From a virus (lineage: Duplodnaviria; Caudoviricetes), in the IMG/VR virus record IMGVR_UViG_3300020596_000031, positions 1 through 50,919 of that record: a stretch of 50,919 nucleotides of DNA. One strand, given 5' to 3'. Position numbers and translations under genes: made by a program. The notes beneath the pieces were generated by a model that saw only the letters and a list, made by a program, of their open reading frames with translations, searched no databases and was not told the origin of the DNA. Below are positions 37,512 through 46,500 of the stretch, in pieces (position 1 is the first letter of the stretch; every line of letters begins with the position of its first letter).

Positions 37512-38828
37512 ATGAAGAACACAACCAAATCAATCGACGGTGAAATCATATCCTTTCAAACCAAGCGCATGGGGGCCACTGTTCGACGCCTTCCGTACAA
37601 GGCCGGCGACGGGTCGGTTCGCTGGACCAAAAAGTTCTACTTCGCCAAGATGGTGAACGGCGAGCTCGCCAGATTCCCGCTTCCGTCGTTGCCGGCGGAG
37701 GCCAACCGGATTGCCGACCTGATTGCGGCGTTCTTGGAGGATCCGACGAATACGATCGACGACGCGAAGCGTAAATTCAACCCGCGGGCCCTGCTCAGGC
37801 CGTCGAACTTCTCCACGATCGGCGAGCTGTTCGAGTTCCACGCCGAGCACGAGCAGGTGCTCGAGATCGGCGGAACGACGGCGAAGAGCTATCGCCGGTG
37901 TCTCCTGTTGATCCTTCGCGAAGTCGATGCGTGGCACAACGGGACGAAAATCGAAAATTGGAGCGGGCACCGGTTTCTCGACAAAGCCATGGCGCCGTGG
38001 CTCGGACTGTCCCTAACCGTGGTCACGGCCAAGCTGGGGCTCGATTACAAGCGGTTCATGCTACCGGACGACCTGGAGGACGAGGAAGAGGAGATCACGC
38101 GGAAAATATCCTGCGACACGAATCTGCGCAGTGCTCACGCCCTTTTCTCTCGCGAGGCGATGAAGCTTTACCAAGGGAGCCACACCCTCGCACTCCCGGA
38201 CGTGAGTGGGTTCATGGGCGTGGGACTCTTCAACGCGAAGAAGTATTTCGTACTCCCTGACATTTCAGCGATCCGCAATATCTTCACGGCGGCGCCGCGG
38301 CTGAAAGCCGACGACCTGAACGCCTACCGGGCATTCCTTGTTTGCGTGCAAGCAGGGCTCCGGAAGAGTGAAGCGGCCAACTTCCGGCTCGAATGGCTGA
38401 AGGAAGAGGACTCACCAGCTATCCAGATTCATGCAGACGGTAAGTTTAAGCCCAAGCACGGCCACGGTCGGAAGGTGCTGCTTGATCCATGGGTAGCCGA
38501 GGAAATCCGGTCGCTCGCCCCGGCAACTAAATACTTCCTCGACGGAACGGACACAGAACGCACGGCCAACGTGTTCGAGCGACTGAATGCCTGGTTGCGG
38601 ACCTGTGGCGTGGAAGCGGTCAAACCGACGCACGAGCTGCGCAAGCTATGGTTCTCTCAAAAAGTGAAGCGGGAGAGCCTACTGGCGGCTTCCCAGCAAG
38701 GCGGACACCGGGATCCGAAAGTAACCAGCTCGTTCTATGCGAACAGCCAAATGCCCGACAACGTCCTTCCCTTCTGGCAGGAGCCTACGCTTGCGGCCTT
38801 GGCCAAGACCGGCTTGAAGATCGCGTAA
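37512..38828 (+). CDS. int: Tyrosine integrase
   Basis: Catalytic motifs AGLRKSEA (R), KPK (K), HELRK (HxxR), GH, SFYA (Y); next to attP. Confidence 0.93.
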   Translation: MKNTTKSIDGEIISFQTKRMGATVRRLPYKAGDGSVRWTKKFYFAKMVNGELARFPLPSLPAEANRIADLIAAFLEDPTNTIDDAKRKFNPRALLRPSNFSTIGELFEFHAEHEQVLEIGGTTAKSYRRCLLLILREVDAWHNGTKIENWSGHRFLDKAMAPWLGLSLTVVTAKLGLDYKRFMLPDDLEDEEEEITRKISCDTNLRSAHALFSREAMKLYQGSHTLALPDVSGFMGVGLFNAKKYFVLPDISAIRNIFTAAPRLKADDLNAYRAFLVCVQAGLRKSEAANFRLEWLKEEDSPAIQIHADGKFKPKHGHGRKVLLDPWVAEEIRSLAPATKYFLDGTDTERTANVFERLNAWLRTCGVEAVKPTHELRKLWFSQKVKRESLLAASQQGGHRDPKVTSSFYANSQMPDNVLPFWQEPTLAALAKTGLKIA

Positions 38829-38837
38829 CTTTACCCC

Positions 38838-39326
38838 ATGGCCCTCAAAATCATGTTCGGCAATCTTGCCGCGGACTACATCACCGAGAGCGGCCGCGAT
38901 ATTGCACGTGTTGCGGAAGCGATCGGCAAGACCCCGGCCAACCAGTTCTCCAAGTGGAAATCCGGTAAGTGGACTTACATCGCCGAGAAGAAGTTAATCC
39001 GGGTAATCGACGAGGTCGCCGGCAAGAACCGGCACTGGGCGGTAAGCCTGATGATCGGATACCTCATCGACCTGACGCCCGAGTCATTCCGCCACGTCAT
39101 CGACATCACACCGAAGGTAGGGCAGCAAGACACCTCGGCTACGCTTTCCGGCCAGCGGTGGACGCCCGGGTTGCGGAAGAAGCTTGAGGAGATCGGCGCA
39201 GCCTACGCCAGGGACGACGACTTCATGCGGATGGTCGACCAGTACGGCAAATGGGCGGAGACGATCAACAGGCGAGCGAGGGAGAAGAACGTCACGCTTG
39301 GTAGGTCAGGAGTGGCTAAGATTTGA
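38838..39326 (+). CDS. XRE-like HTH regulator
   Basis: DIARVAEAIGKTPANQFSKWKSG HTH at N-terminus; no S24 peptidase domain. Confidence 0.6.
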   Translation: MALKIMFGNLAADYITESGRDIARVAEAIGKTPANQFSKWKSGKWTYIAEKKLIRVIDEVAGKNRHWAVSLMIGYLIDLTPESFRHVIDITPKVGQQDTSATLSGQRWTPGLRKKLEEIGAAYARDDDFMRMVDQYGKWAETINRRAREKNVTLGRSGVAKI

Positions 39327-39329
39327 GAC

Positions 39330-39698
39330 ATTGCAGTAATGATGTAGGCAAACGGGTACACCTCACCCCTGCTAAGGAGGTGAGGATATGAGAAACTTGC
39401 ATATAAAGAGAGGCGAGGTTTCCGGTATACTTCAAGAACGGGGCCGCTCGGGTGTGCCAACTGCACACGGCATTGTCCGTTCATCACTGATCTTTCGATC
39501 ACACTGTTTATCCGGCTGGGAGTCGGGAAGCACTAGGGAGTAACGGCGTCGGGCTCTTCGGTGTAATTCTTGGCCCCATTACTAAAACGCCGATACTCGC
39601 CAGTGCCGCCCTGCTGTTCAACAGCGCCGGCACCGATAGTCCGGCTCTGCGCCGGCCCTTGTCTCCCTTGTCGCTACGAGGAGGTGCGGAACAGGGCA
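39330..39698 (-). ncRNA. Candidate structured non-coding RNA
   Basis: No convincing ORF; dense hairpins incl. TGATC-GAAA-GATCA, GTGTGC-agttg-GCACAC, GCTGT-tga-ACAGC and CCTCACC...GGTGAGG. Confidence 0.35.
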
Positions 39699-39770
39699 AG
39701 AAAAAGGCCCCACGGTCATACTACGTGGAGCCTCTTAAACTAACAGGAAAGAGGATCTCGGCGGTATGAC
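39699..39770 (-). terminator. Terminator/attenuator hairpin whose loop is complementary to an upstream 7-mer
   Basis: Minus strand AGGCTCCACG-TAGTATGAC-CGTGGGGCCT-TTTTCTT; loop GTATGAC pairs with upstream GTCATAC (39770..39764). Confidence 0.65.
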
Positions 39771-39803
39771 GCGCTTTGAACAAGCAAATTCGTAGAGGAT
39801 CCT

Positions 39804-40052
39804 CTACGGCCTGTCAAGGGGATATTCCTTAGACGGCCTCACTGGAGTCCCGACGGCATCAACGCCGTGCTCTCTCTCGGTTGCTTGGCATTTAAGGGTG
39901 AGTGAACTGTGGGCAAACGATGTGAACGTGCGCAGTCCCGTGAGCACCATGCAGCGCCTGACGCGATCCATGAGATCGTCCGGGACGTTGATCGTCTTGG
40001 ACTCGTACCCCTTGTCCGTCTCGTCATTCCCTTTTTTTAATGCCACAACCAT
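39804..40052 (-). CDS. Ribbon-helix-helix-like regulator
   Basis: SKTINVPDDLMDRVRRCMVLTG...FAHSSL strand-helix-helix pattern; ATG at 40052. Confidence 0.55.
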   Translation of the reverse strand: MVVALKKGNDETDKGYESKTINVPDDLMDRVRRCMVLTGLRTFTSFAHSSLTLKCQATEREHGVDAVGTPVRPSKEYPLDRP

Positions 40053-40190
40053 CGAAGAAGCGGGTTTAGTTATTTTGCGCAATGAGCGGCGAGGGCATGG
40101 ACATAGATTCACACCATGCAATCTTACGCCATCACATCGGATCATGCTACGTGTTTTCCAGTCTTGCGAACGGCCATCGGGCGACTCCCT

Positions 40191-40421
40191 ATGCCCGCTC
40201 CGGTGAATACCCCTAATTACAAGGCCATCCTGAAAATCGAACGCAGGGTGGCAATGCGGACCATCGCCGCACTAGCTAGGAGACTGACGCCGATTCAGGT
40301 TGCCTCCGTGATCGAGGAACTGGAGTGCCCGCCGCCCCCGCGCCGACGGCTTTTATCAGCCGCGTCTGCGCTTCCCGCTCTCGACCCAGGCGAGGCCGAG
40401 GAACAGCGATTGCAGGCTTGA
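40191..40421 (+). CDS. Hypothetical protein
   Basis: 76-aa ATG ORF, convergent with and overlapping the tail of the RHH gene. Confidence 0.4.
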   Translation: MPAPVNTPNYKAILKIERRVAMRTIAALARRLTPIQVASVIEELECPPPPRRRLLSAASALPALDPGEAEEQRLQA

Positions 40422-40641
40422 TAGGTTCCTGCGCGAGCGAGTAACGCGCAATAATCCCGGCAAGGTCGTATTTCACCTCTGCCAGTACAGCTAGGCCGAT
40501 CTCGGCGGCGAGGCGTATAATCTCCGCGCTCTGGCGCGGCCCCATCGCAGATGCAGCCACTTTCACCTCCGCCAATGCGCGATCGGTGAAGCGAACTGGC
40601 ACCACGTTCTCCTTGCTCTCTTTCTTGTTGGTTTTGGGCAT
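40276..40641 (-). CDS. Ribbon-helix-helix regulator (repressor candidate)
   Basis: VVPVRFTDRALAEVKVAASAMG..QSAEIIRLAAEIGL. Confidence 0.65.
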   Translation of the reverse strand: MPKTNKKESKENVVPVRFTDRALAEVKVAASAMGPRQSAEIIRLAAEIGLAVLAEVKYDLAGIIARYSLAQEPIKPAIAVPRPRLGREREAQTRLIKAVGAGAAGTPVPRSRRQPESASVS

Positions 40642-40666
40642 TACGGTCGATGTGTAGCACGTATCT

Positions 40667-40756
40667 GAAACCTATACAAGCGGGCTTTTCCCCCTCTGTC
40701 GTATAGGATTTCTCCACATTTTTCTTGCATGTGTGGACCGTATAGGATTTCACCAC
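40667..40756. promoter_or_regulatory. Operator repeats in the divergent control region
   Basis: CGTATAGGATTTC(T/A)CCAC at 40700..40717 and 40739..40756; inverted partial copy GAAACCTATAC at 40667..40677. Confidence 0.7.
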
Positions 40757-40759
40757 GGC

Positions 40760-40960
40760 ATGGGAATAAATACGAGGGTAGTTTACCCACTAGACATCAC
40801 TCGGATTCACCCGCTGCTGAAGGCTGCGCAGAAGAAGACCGGGATCAAAAGCCAAGCGGAAGTCTTGCGAATGGCGATTGAGCGCGGACTGCCCGTGCTG
40901 ATCGCACAGCTCGGGTCGCACCAAGCGCCGAAGGCCGCAGCAGCGCGAAAGGTCGCATGA
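40760..40960 (+). CDS. Ribbon-helix-helix-like regulator in the Cro position
   Basis: HPLLKAAQKKTGIKSQAEVLRMAIERGL; first gene of the early operon. Confidence 0.65.
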   Translation: MGINTRVVYPLDITRIHPLLKAAQKKTGIKSQAEVLRMAIERGLPVLIAQLGSHQAPKAAAARKVA

Positions 40961-41088
40961 GCCCCACGAAGCTCATCCTGCTCGGCATCCTGTCCGCCGT
41001 GGCGTTCTGGTGCGTGGTCGCGTGGGACTGGGCCAGTGCGCTTTTCAAGACGGTGATCCTCGGCCGCGTCGAAGACGACCAGAGGTAA
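40957..41088 (+). CDS. Small membrane protein
   Basis: 43 aa MSPTKLILLGILSAVAFWCVVAW...; ATGA overlap. Confidence 0.55.
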   Translation: MSPTKLILLGILSAVAFWCVVAWDWASALFKTVILGRVEDDQR

Positions 41089-41135
41089 GTACAGCCCTCG
41101 AACCCCAACGGCGACTGCCTGCCTCCTAACTTTCC

Positions 41136-41294
41136 ATGACCGACCTCGAACGCCAGCAATCGCTCATAAGCGACCTTCAATCACTCCTCAGCATCGTCGC
41201 TCGCATGGACGACGATCAACGCCGGCGCGAGATCGCCGCGAAGATGCTCGGGCGACTGCTGATGAATCAGCCTCTCAAGGTTCAGACGCCCTGA
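41136..41294 (+). CDS. Small hypothetical protein
   Basis: 52 aa MTDLERQQSL..., fills the operon gap. Confidence 0.55.
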   Translation: MTDLERQQSLISDLQSLLSIVARMDDDQRRREIAAKMLGRLLMNQPLKVQTP

Positions 41295-41325
41295 ACTCCC
41301 GAACCGCAACACTGCCCTTAATAAG

Positions 41326-42384
41326 ATGAACGATACCGATACTACTCCTACGATTGACGCCCAAGTGACGTTGGTCGCCGAACAGAACGGCCTTCAGGCC
41401 GATACCACCAAGACGCTGCAGGCGTCGTTTACCCCGCTGTACACGAAGGCGCGCAGCGTATTGGAAAAGTCACGGCTGCTGGTCGTGACGGACGCCTCGC
41501 AGAAGTTTGAGATCAAGATGGCGCGCGAGTGCCGGCTTGCACTCAAATCCATCCGCGTGGACGGAGACAAGCTGAGGAAGTCCCTCAAGGAAGAGTCGCT
41601 TCGACGGGGCAAGGCGATCGATGGCTTCAACGCCATCCTCGTCGATATGCTCGCCACCGAGGAGACTCGCCTCGAAGAGCAGGAGAGGATCGTGGAGCGA
41701 CAGGAGGAGGAGCGGAAGGCCGCGCTGAAGACGAAGCGCGAGGAACTGCTGAAGCCATTCGGGATAGACCTGACGGGATTCTCCCTGGGCGACATGTCGG
41801 ACGCGACCTTCACGCAATTGCTCGAAAACACTGTTGCCGCACACGAGTCGAAGCTGGCGGCGGCACGCAAGGCCGAAGAGGAACGCATTGCCACGGAGAA
41901 CGCCCGCCTGAAGGAAGAGGCGCGCATCCGGGAAGAGAACGCGCGGTTGAAGAAGGAAGCAGAGGAGCGCGAAGCTGCTGCGAAGATCGAGCGCGAGAAG
42001 GCCGCGGCTGCTGCGGAGCAGGCTCGTCTTGAAAAGGAGAGGATCGAGGCCGAGACCGCCCGGCAGTTGGCGGAGTTGGCGCGCAAAGCCGCTATCGATC
42101 GCGCAGCCTTGGAAAAGTTGGAGCGTGAAGCCAAGGAACTCAGCGACATCGCGGCCCGCTTCGCGTTGAAAGAGAAGGCTGCTGCAGCCGCAGAAGCCGC
42201 GGCGCCCGACGTCGACAAGCTGAAGGCCTTCGCCCAAACGATCCGCGCGCTCCAAGTGCCGCAGTTGTCGTTCGCTGCTTCCGACACTCAGGAGCTTGTA
42301 GTGACTACCCTCGAGGAGTTGGCGAAGTTGATCGAAGCCGAAGCCGACAACCTTGTCATCAACGCGCAGTCTGTCGCCGCCTGA
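41326..42384 (+). CDS. Coiled-coil early protein
   Basis: ARECRLALKSIRV...RKSLKEESLRRGKAIDG, long E/R/A/K heptads, APDVDKLKAF; common in phage recombination modules. Confidence 0.75.
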   Translation: MNDTDTTPTIDAQVTLVAEQNGLQADTTKTLQASFTPLYTKARSVLEKSRLLVVTDASQKFEIKMARECRLALKSIRVDGDKLRKSLKEESLRRGKAIDGFNAILVDMLATEETRLEEQERIVERQEEERKAALKTKREELLKPFGIDLTGFSLGDMSDATFTQLLENTVAAHESKLAAARKAEEERIATENARLKEEARIREENARLKKEAEEREAAAKIEREKAAAAAEQARLEKERIEAETARQLAELARKAAIDRAALEKLEREAKELSDIAARFALKEKAAAAAEAAAPDVDKLKAFAQTIRALQVPQLSFAASDTQELVVTTLEELAKLIEAEADNLVINAQSVAA

Positions 42385-42387
42385 CCC

Positions 42388-42762
42388 ATGCCGGCTCGCA
42401 CACAGTCTCGCGACGTGAAGAACGCGCTTCGTTCGCTGGAGGTCGCGCACGATTATCTCGTGACGCTGACCAAGGGCGCGGAGATCCCGATCACGCCGAA
42501 AGACCTGCATAAGGCGGTCGACGAGTTTCACGAAATCCTTGTCAGCAACCAGGCGGCGGCGAATGCGCTCGTCGTGGCTGTGTTGGGAGATGAGCCGTGC
42601 CCGGTGTCGTTGTTCAAGCCGTGGGCTTCCTACGGCCAGATCCGGCTCTGGTCGAAGCGCACCGACGGGGATCGCCTCGTGACCGAGATTCTCAACGGGA
42701 AGACCTGTGTTCGCCCCTCTGCATTCTTTGTGGCCCTGAAGACACTCGGGAAAGCCGCGTAA
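42388..42762 (+). CDS. Hypothetical protein, C-terminus possibly excisionase-like
   Basis: SYGQIRLW...RLVTEILNGKTCVRPSAF resembles a winged-helix Xis; weak. Confidence 0.45.
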   Translation: MPARTQSRDVKNALRSLEVAHDYLVTLTKGAEIPITPKDLHKAVDEFHEILVSNQAAANALVVAVLGDEPCPVSLFKPWASYGQIRLWSKRTDGDRLVTEILNGKTCVRPSAFFVALKTLGKAA

Positions 42763-42772
42763 ATACACCTTT

Positions 42773-42851
42773 GCGGCTCCAGCCACCCGCCGTGGCAGGA
42801 TCAGAGCATTCATAAGAGCTGAACCCTCGGCTGGAGCTGCATTCTCTTTTC
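42773..42851 (+). terminator. Large-loop stem with T-rich tail (attenuator-like)
   Basis: GCGGCTCCAGCC (42773) pairs with GGCTGGAGCTGC (42829), 44-nt loop, then ATTCTCTTTT. Confidence 0.5.
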
Positions 42852-42883
42852 TAGTCAGTTATATATCCCAGTAATCAATTAAC

Positions 42884-43801
42884 ATGAGTACCGAACAATC
42901 CACCGCCTTGACGGCGCCCACAAATACCGAAGTCGCTACGCAAAACAAAACGGGGGCCGCACTGATGGCTCTCGATGCCTTCTATGAGGAGAAAGGCCTG
43001 GCGTTAATGAGCAGCGTTGAAGGCGGCTTCACCCGCGCCGTCAACATGGCTGAGTCTTACACGCAACTCCGGGCGATGCTGACGCCGGAAGTGCTGAAGC
43101 CGATCATGGCTCTGCAAGGCAGCTCGCTTGGCTTCAAGACGGACAAGATTTACGGCGAGGACGTCGTGAAGGACGCGCTGATCGAGGGCACGATCAAAGG
43201 GTTCTACCCTGTAAATAACGAGCTGAACATTCTTGCGGGTCGCCAATACAGCACGAAGGAAGGCTTTCACGGCTGGTTCCGTCGCGCTTCGGAGAAGGGC
43301 CGTTGCACGTTCCCGATATGGAAGCTGTCCGTGCCGAAGATGGTGAGCGATGGCGCAGTCGTCACCGGGACTATCTCGTGCGAGTGGGGCAAGAAGAAGA
43401 TCGAGCTCACGAACGAGGAGATCCCGATCAAGGTAAACGAGCGCATGGGCGCGGATGCCATTCTCGGCAAGGCGGAGCGGAAGCTGTTCGCTCGCCTGTA
43501 CGCACGTTGCACGGGTCAAGTCGCCTCCGATGGTGACTTGTCGGACGGCGCGATGGAAGTCACCGCGACACCGGTTGCGGAGAACAATCAGCCCACCACC
43601 ACCGCTACACCCCCACTCGCCGCCAAGACGCTCGAAGACTTGGAGCTCATCGTCGGCCCGCACGAGCAGGAGGCCAACGCGTATCTCCTCTCGTCTGGCA
43701 GTATCCAAGCCGGCCAGACGTTCCGCAACATCCCTGAGAAGATGGCGACGCGCATCATTAAACAGCGCGCGTCGTTCTTCGAGGCGATCGGGGTAAAGTA
43801 A
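42884..43801 (+). CDS. Putative single-strand annealing recombinase (RecT/Red-beta-like)
   Basis: GFYP..NE.NILAGRQYSTKEGF motif, MGADAILGKAERK helix, separate C-terminal domain; position in the early operon. Confidence 0.5.
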   Translation: MSTEQSTALTAPTNTEVATQNKTGAALMALDAFYEEKGLALMSSVEGGFTRAVNMAESYTQLRAMLTPEVLKPIMALQGSSLGFKTDKIYGEDVVKDALIEGTIKGFYPVNNELNILAGRQYSTKEGFHGWFRRASEKGRCTFPIWKLSVPKMVSDGAVVTGTISCEWGKKKIELTNEEIPIKVNERMGADAILGKAERKLFARLYARCTGQVASDGDLSDGAMEVTATPVAENNQPTTTATPPLAAKTLEDLELIVGPHEQEANAYLLSSGSIQAGQTFRNIPEKMATRIIKQRASFFEAIGVK

Positions 43802-43846
43802 CACGCCAATCTTTTCGGCCCGCAACCAACCTCAATCCATACGCAC

Positions 43847-44236
43847 ATGAATAATACTCCCGCCGCTTCCGGCGTTTTCCTCGCAACGATCGCCGCCATG
43901 AACAGTGGCACGGTCATGAACGACCTCGACGACGCACTGCGCGAAGCCACGAAGCACGCACAGGACGCCGGGGCGAAGGCGAAACTCACGCTCGAGCTGA
44001 CGATCATCCCGAACGGTCTTGGCGCTGGCGACACGCCGCTCCTGAAGGTCGTAGACAAGATCAAGGTGTCACTGCCGAAGAAGCCGCGCCAGCCGTCCGT
44101 TTTCTTCGCCGACGAAGAGAGCAATCTCACTCGGCGCAATCCGAACCAGGAGGATATGCGCTTCGCGTCGATCGACGGCGGAAAGATCACGAAGTCCGAC
44201 ATCGCGCAGGGTGTCGCCAAATCAGCGGGCCAGTAA
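43847..44236 (+). CDS. YfdP-like phage protein
   Basis: KAKLTLELTI.P...VSLPK...SVFFADEESNLTRRNPNQ; paired with DUF2303. Confidence 0.7.
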   Translation: MNNTPAASGVFLATIAAMNSGTVMNDLDDALREATKHAQDAGAKAKLTLELTIIPNGLGAGDTPLLKVVDKIKVSLPKKPRQPSVFFADEESNLTRRNPNQEDMRFASIDGGKITKSDIAQGVAKSAGQ

Positions 44237-44284
44237 CGGAACGCTTTCCAAGTCAGAAACCACAACGTCAAAGACAGTCCCAGT

Positions 44285-45151
44285 ATGATTGATACAAAAG
44301 ACAATAACGCGGCCTCGATTATTCTCGCCGCGCGCACCCTTGGCCAGAGCGAGACCCAACGGCCTGAGCGGACAACGATTGGAGCCCTTGAGGTTCTCTT
44401 CGATCGCACGGGCAATGTAACCTCGCTCGAACGGTTCGCAGATAACCCGCGCCGCAAGCGTGCGACAGTGAGCCTTCACGAGACGCTCTCGTTCATCCAC
44501 TACGTCAACGCGCACAAGCTGTCAGGACCCACACACCTGTTCGGCAAGGCTACGGAGATCGGCGGATCGTTCACGGCAGTCCTCGATTACCATGGGGGCG
44601 GCATAATTTCCAATCAGCCCAATTGGGGAGATCACGTCGCCAAGCTCACCTTGGAGCCAACGCCAGAGTGGGTGAAGTGGGTGAAGAACAATGGCACACT
44701 CATGCCCCAGGAAGCGTTCTCGGAATTCATTGAGGACCAGCTCGACGATATCATCACGCCGGCAGCAGCCGAGATCCTTGAGATGGCTCAGGGACTTCAG
44801 GGCCGAAAGAATGCCACCTTCAAGGGCGGAAAGAACCTGAAGGACGGAGCGATCACATTCGAGTATATCGAGACCGTCGAGATCCAAGGCGTGGCAAATC
44901 GCCGGGACGACACGTTCCGGGTGCCTGACAAGTTGAGCATCCGCCTCCAGCCGTTCGTTGGGTCGGCGACGGTCTATGTTGATGCGCGGCTTCGCTTCCG
45001 AATTGGCAACGACGGGAAGCTGTCGTTCGCCTATATCTTGAACCGTCCGCACAAGATTGTTGAAGAGGCCTTCCAGATCTCACGCGATCGGATCGAGGCC
45101 GAGACCGATCTACAGGTGCATCTTGGCAGCGCCGAGATCCGGAGCGCGTAA
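44285..45151 (+). CDS. DUF2303 (YfdQ-like) protein
   Basis: SFIHYVN, AVLDYH...WGDH.A, EW..W, QEAFSEFIED, ARLRFRI motifs. Confidence 0.85.
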   Translation: MIDTKDNNAASIILAARTLGQSETQRPERTTIGALEVLFDRTGNVTSLERFADNPRRKRATVSLHETLSFIHYVNAHKLSGPTHLFGKATEIGGSFTAVLDYHGGGIISNQPNWGDHVAKLTLEPTPEWVKWVKNNGTLMPQEAFSEFIEDQLDDIITPAAAEILEMAQGLQGRKNATFKGGKNLKDGAITFEYIETVEIQGVANRRDDTFRVPDKLSIRLQPFVGSATVYVDARLRFRIGNDGKLSFAYILNRPHKIVEEAFQISRDRIEAETDLQVHLGSAEIRSA

Positions 45152-45203
45152 GCCAACCACGCGCGCATTCACACCAAGCAGCGTCCGCAAAATCAAGATA
45201 CCC

Positions 45204-45458
45204 ATGTGGACGCTGCTTATACGCCAACTGTGCTCGGTCGAGCGCAACGGCGACGAGAAACAAATCACTCTAAAGGCAGAGTGGAGTTACAGCGAAGGGG
45301 CATTCCTCGAAGCAGGACACCCCGCAAATGGACAGGGCTGCGGTTGGTATTGCGATGCAATGACCGCGGTAGACGGGAAAGGCGCGTCGATCGAGCTTAC
45401 GCGCGAAGAGCAGGATCAATTTTGCCAGCAGTTTCACCCCATGGAATACCAACAATGA
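45204..45458 (+). CDS. Hypothetical protein
   Basis: ATG 45204; ATGA-coupled to next gene. Confidence 0.55.
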   Translation: MWTLLIRQLCSVERNGDEKQITLKAEWSYSEGAFLEAGHPANGQGCGWYCDAMTAVDGKGASIELTREEQDQFCQQFHPMEYQQ

Positions 45459-45727
45459 GTTCAATCAAATCAACCCGCATTAAAGTTAAGAGTACGTGGG
45501 CAGAGGTCGAGAATACGTGCAGCGGCGATCAGGTTGTGTTCACCTTTACGGGCCGCAATACGAGGGACCGACGCACGACCTCAGTCGTCGAGATAAGCTG
45601 GGATATTTGGCCCTACGTCGCGCAGCTAGTTGGGAAGGCTTGGCTCGATGAGCGCGAGCGCCGCCTGCGGACCATCAAGGCCATTGATACGTCGCTCGCG
45701 ATCGAAACCGTGCCATCCCAGCCATGA
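45455..45727 (+). CDS. Hypothetical protein
   Basis: ATGA overlaps at both ends. Confidence 0.6.
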   Translation: MSSIKSTRIKVKSTWAEVENTCSGDQVVFTFTGRNTRDRRTTSVVEISWDIWPYVAQLVGKAWLDERERRLRTIKAIDTSLAIETVPSQP

Positions 45728-46014
45728 AGCCACGTCCCACCGGCCCGCAGCCAAACGACCGCCCGTTGCCAAAGAAGCACCGCTTCGGGCGCGAGGGTGT
45801 GCTCGTCTTCAAATTAACCGCTTCGCAGCGCGCCAAGATCGCGCTTGGATACAATGTCCGGGTCTCTGTGACGCAGCACTTCGAGCGCAATCCGGGCGAC
45901 ATCCAGGTGGTTGCGACCCGTATTGACGTAACGACGCAAACGGAGTTCGACGCGGGCGGTCGGATTGCGCCGCTCCGGCAAGCGCCAAAGATCGAGAAGG
46001 ACGGTGCGCAATGA
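45724..46014 (+). CDS. Hypothetical protein
   Basis: ATGA overlaps at both ends. Confidence 0.6.
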   Translation: MKPRPTGPQPNDRPLPKKHRFGREGVLVFKLTASQRAKIALGYNVRVSVTQHFERNPGDIQVVATRIDVTTQTEFDAGGRIAPLRQAPKIEKDGAQ

Positions 46015-46250
46015 GCGCCGCCGTGATTATTCTGGCGATCATTTCGGTCAATGCGGTCGCGATCATCTATTGGCTTCTTCGGTGCTCCATCGAGATCGAA
46101 GATGAGGCCATGAAGCTTCGCAGAGCCTTGGCTGACCTTGTCCACGCGGAAGACGATCGCCGGTTTCTAACGTCGTCCAGCCAGCAGCGCGCTATTGGCG
46201 ACGCGCTGGAGCGTGCACGCCCACTACTCGAACAGGACGGTGAGGCGTGA
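46011..46250 (+). CDS. Small membrane-anchored protein
   Basis: N-terminal TM segment; coupled overlaps. Confidence 0.6.
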   Translation: MSAAVIILAIISVNAVAIIYWLLRCSIEIEDEAMKLRRALADLVHAEDDRRFLTSSSQQRAIGDALERARPLLEQDGEA

Positions 46251-46468
46251 GCTTAAAACGCCATCAGGGGCGCCCCACTAAAGCCGAAGAGGCCTTCTAT
46301 GCCGCGTGGGCCAAGATAGTGGATGCGCTGCCTCTGGATACGGTCCTCCGCATGAAGAAGGCGGACGCACCAGGCGAGTCGTGGATACGCGACCGGTGCC
46401 TCCTGAACCAATGTAAGGTGATCATCAAAACACATCACTCCGATTGGGTGATTATCCGAATCCAGTGA
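46247..46468 (+). CDS. Hypothetical protein
   Basis: GTGA overlap with previous gene. Confidence 0.55.
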   Translation: MSLKRHQGRPTKAEEAFYAAWAKIVDALPLDTVLRMKKADAPGESWIRDRCLLNQCKVIIKTHHSDWVIIRIQ

Positions 46469-46500
46469 AACCATTATTCTCAACCGTAACCGAAAGCGAC

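Noticed and set aside
41394-42813. Long minus-strand ORFs (also 1969..2880, 26852..27829, 29260..30216, 606..1364)
   Set aside because: Antisense shadows of well-supported + strand genes in GC-rich DNA; no recognisable motifs
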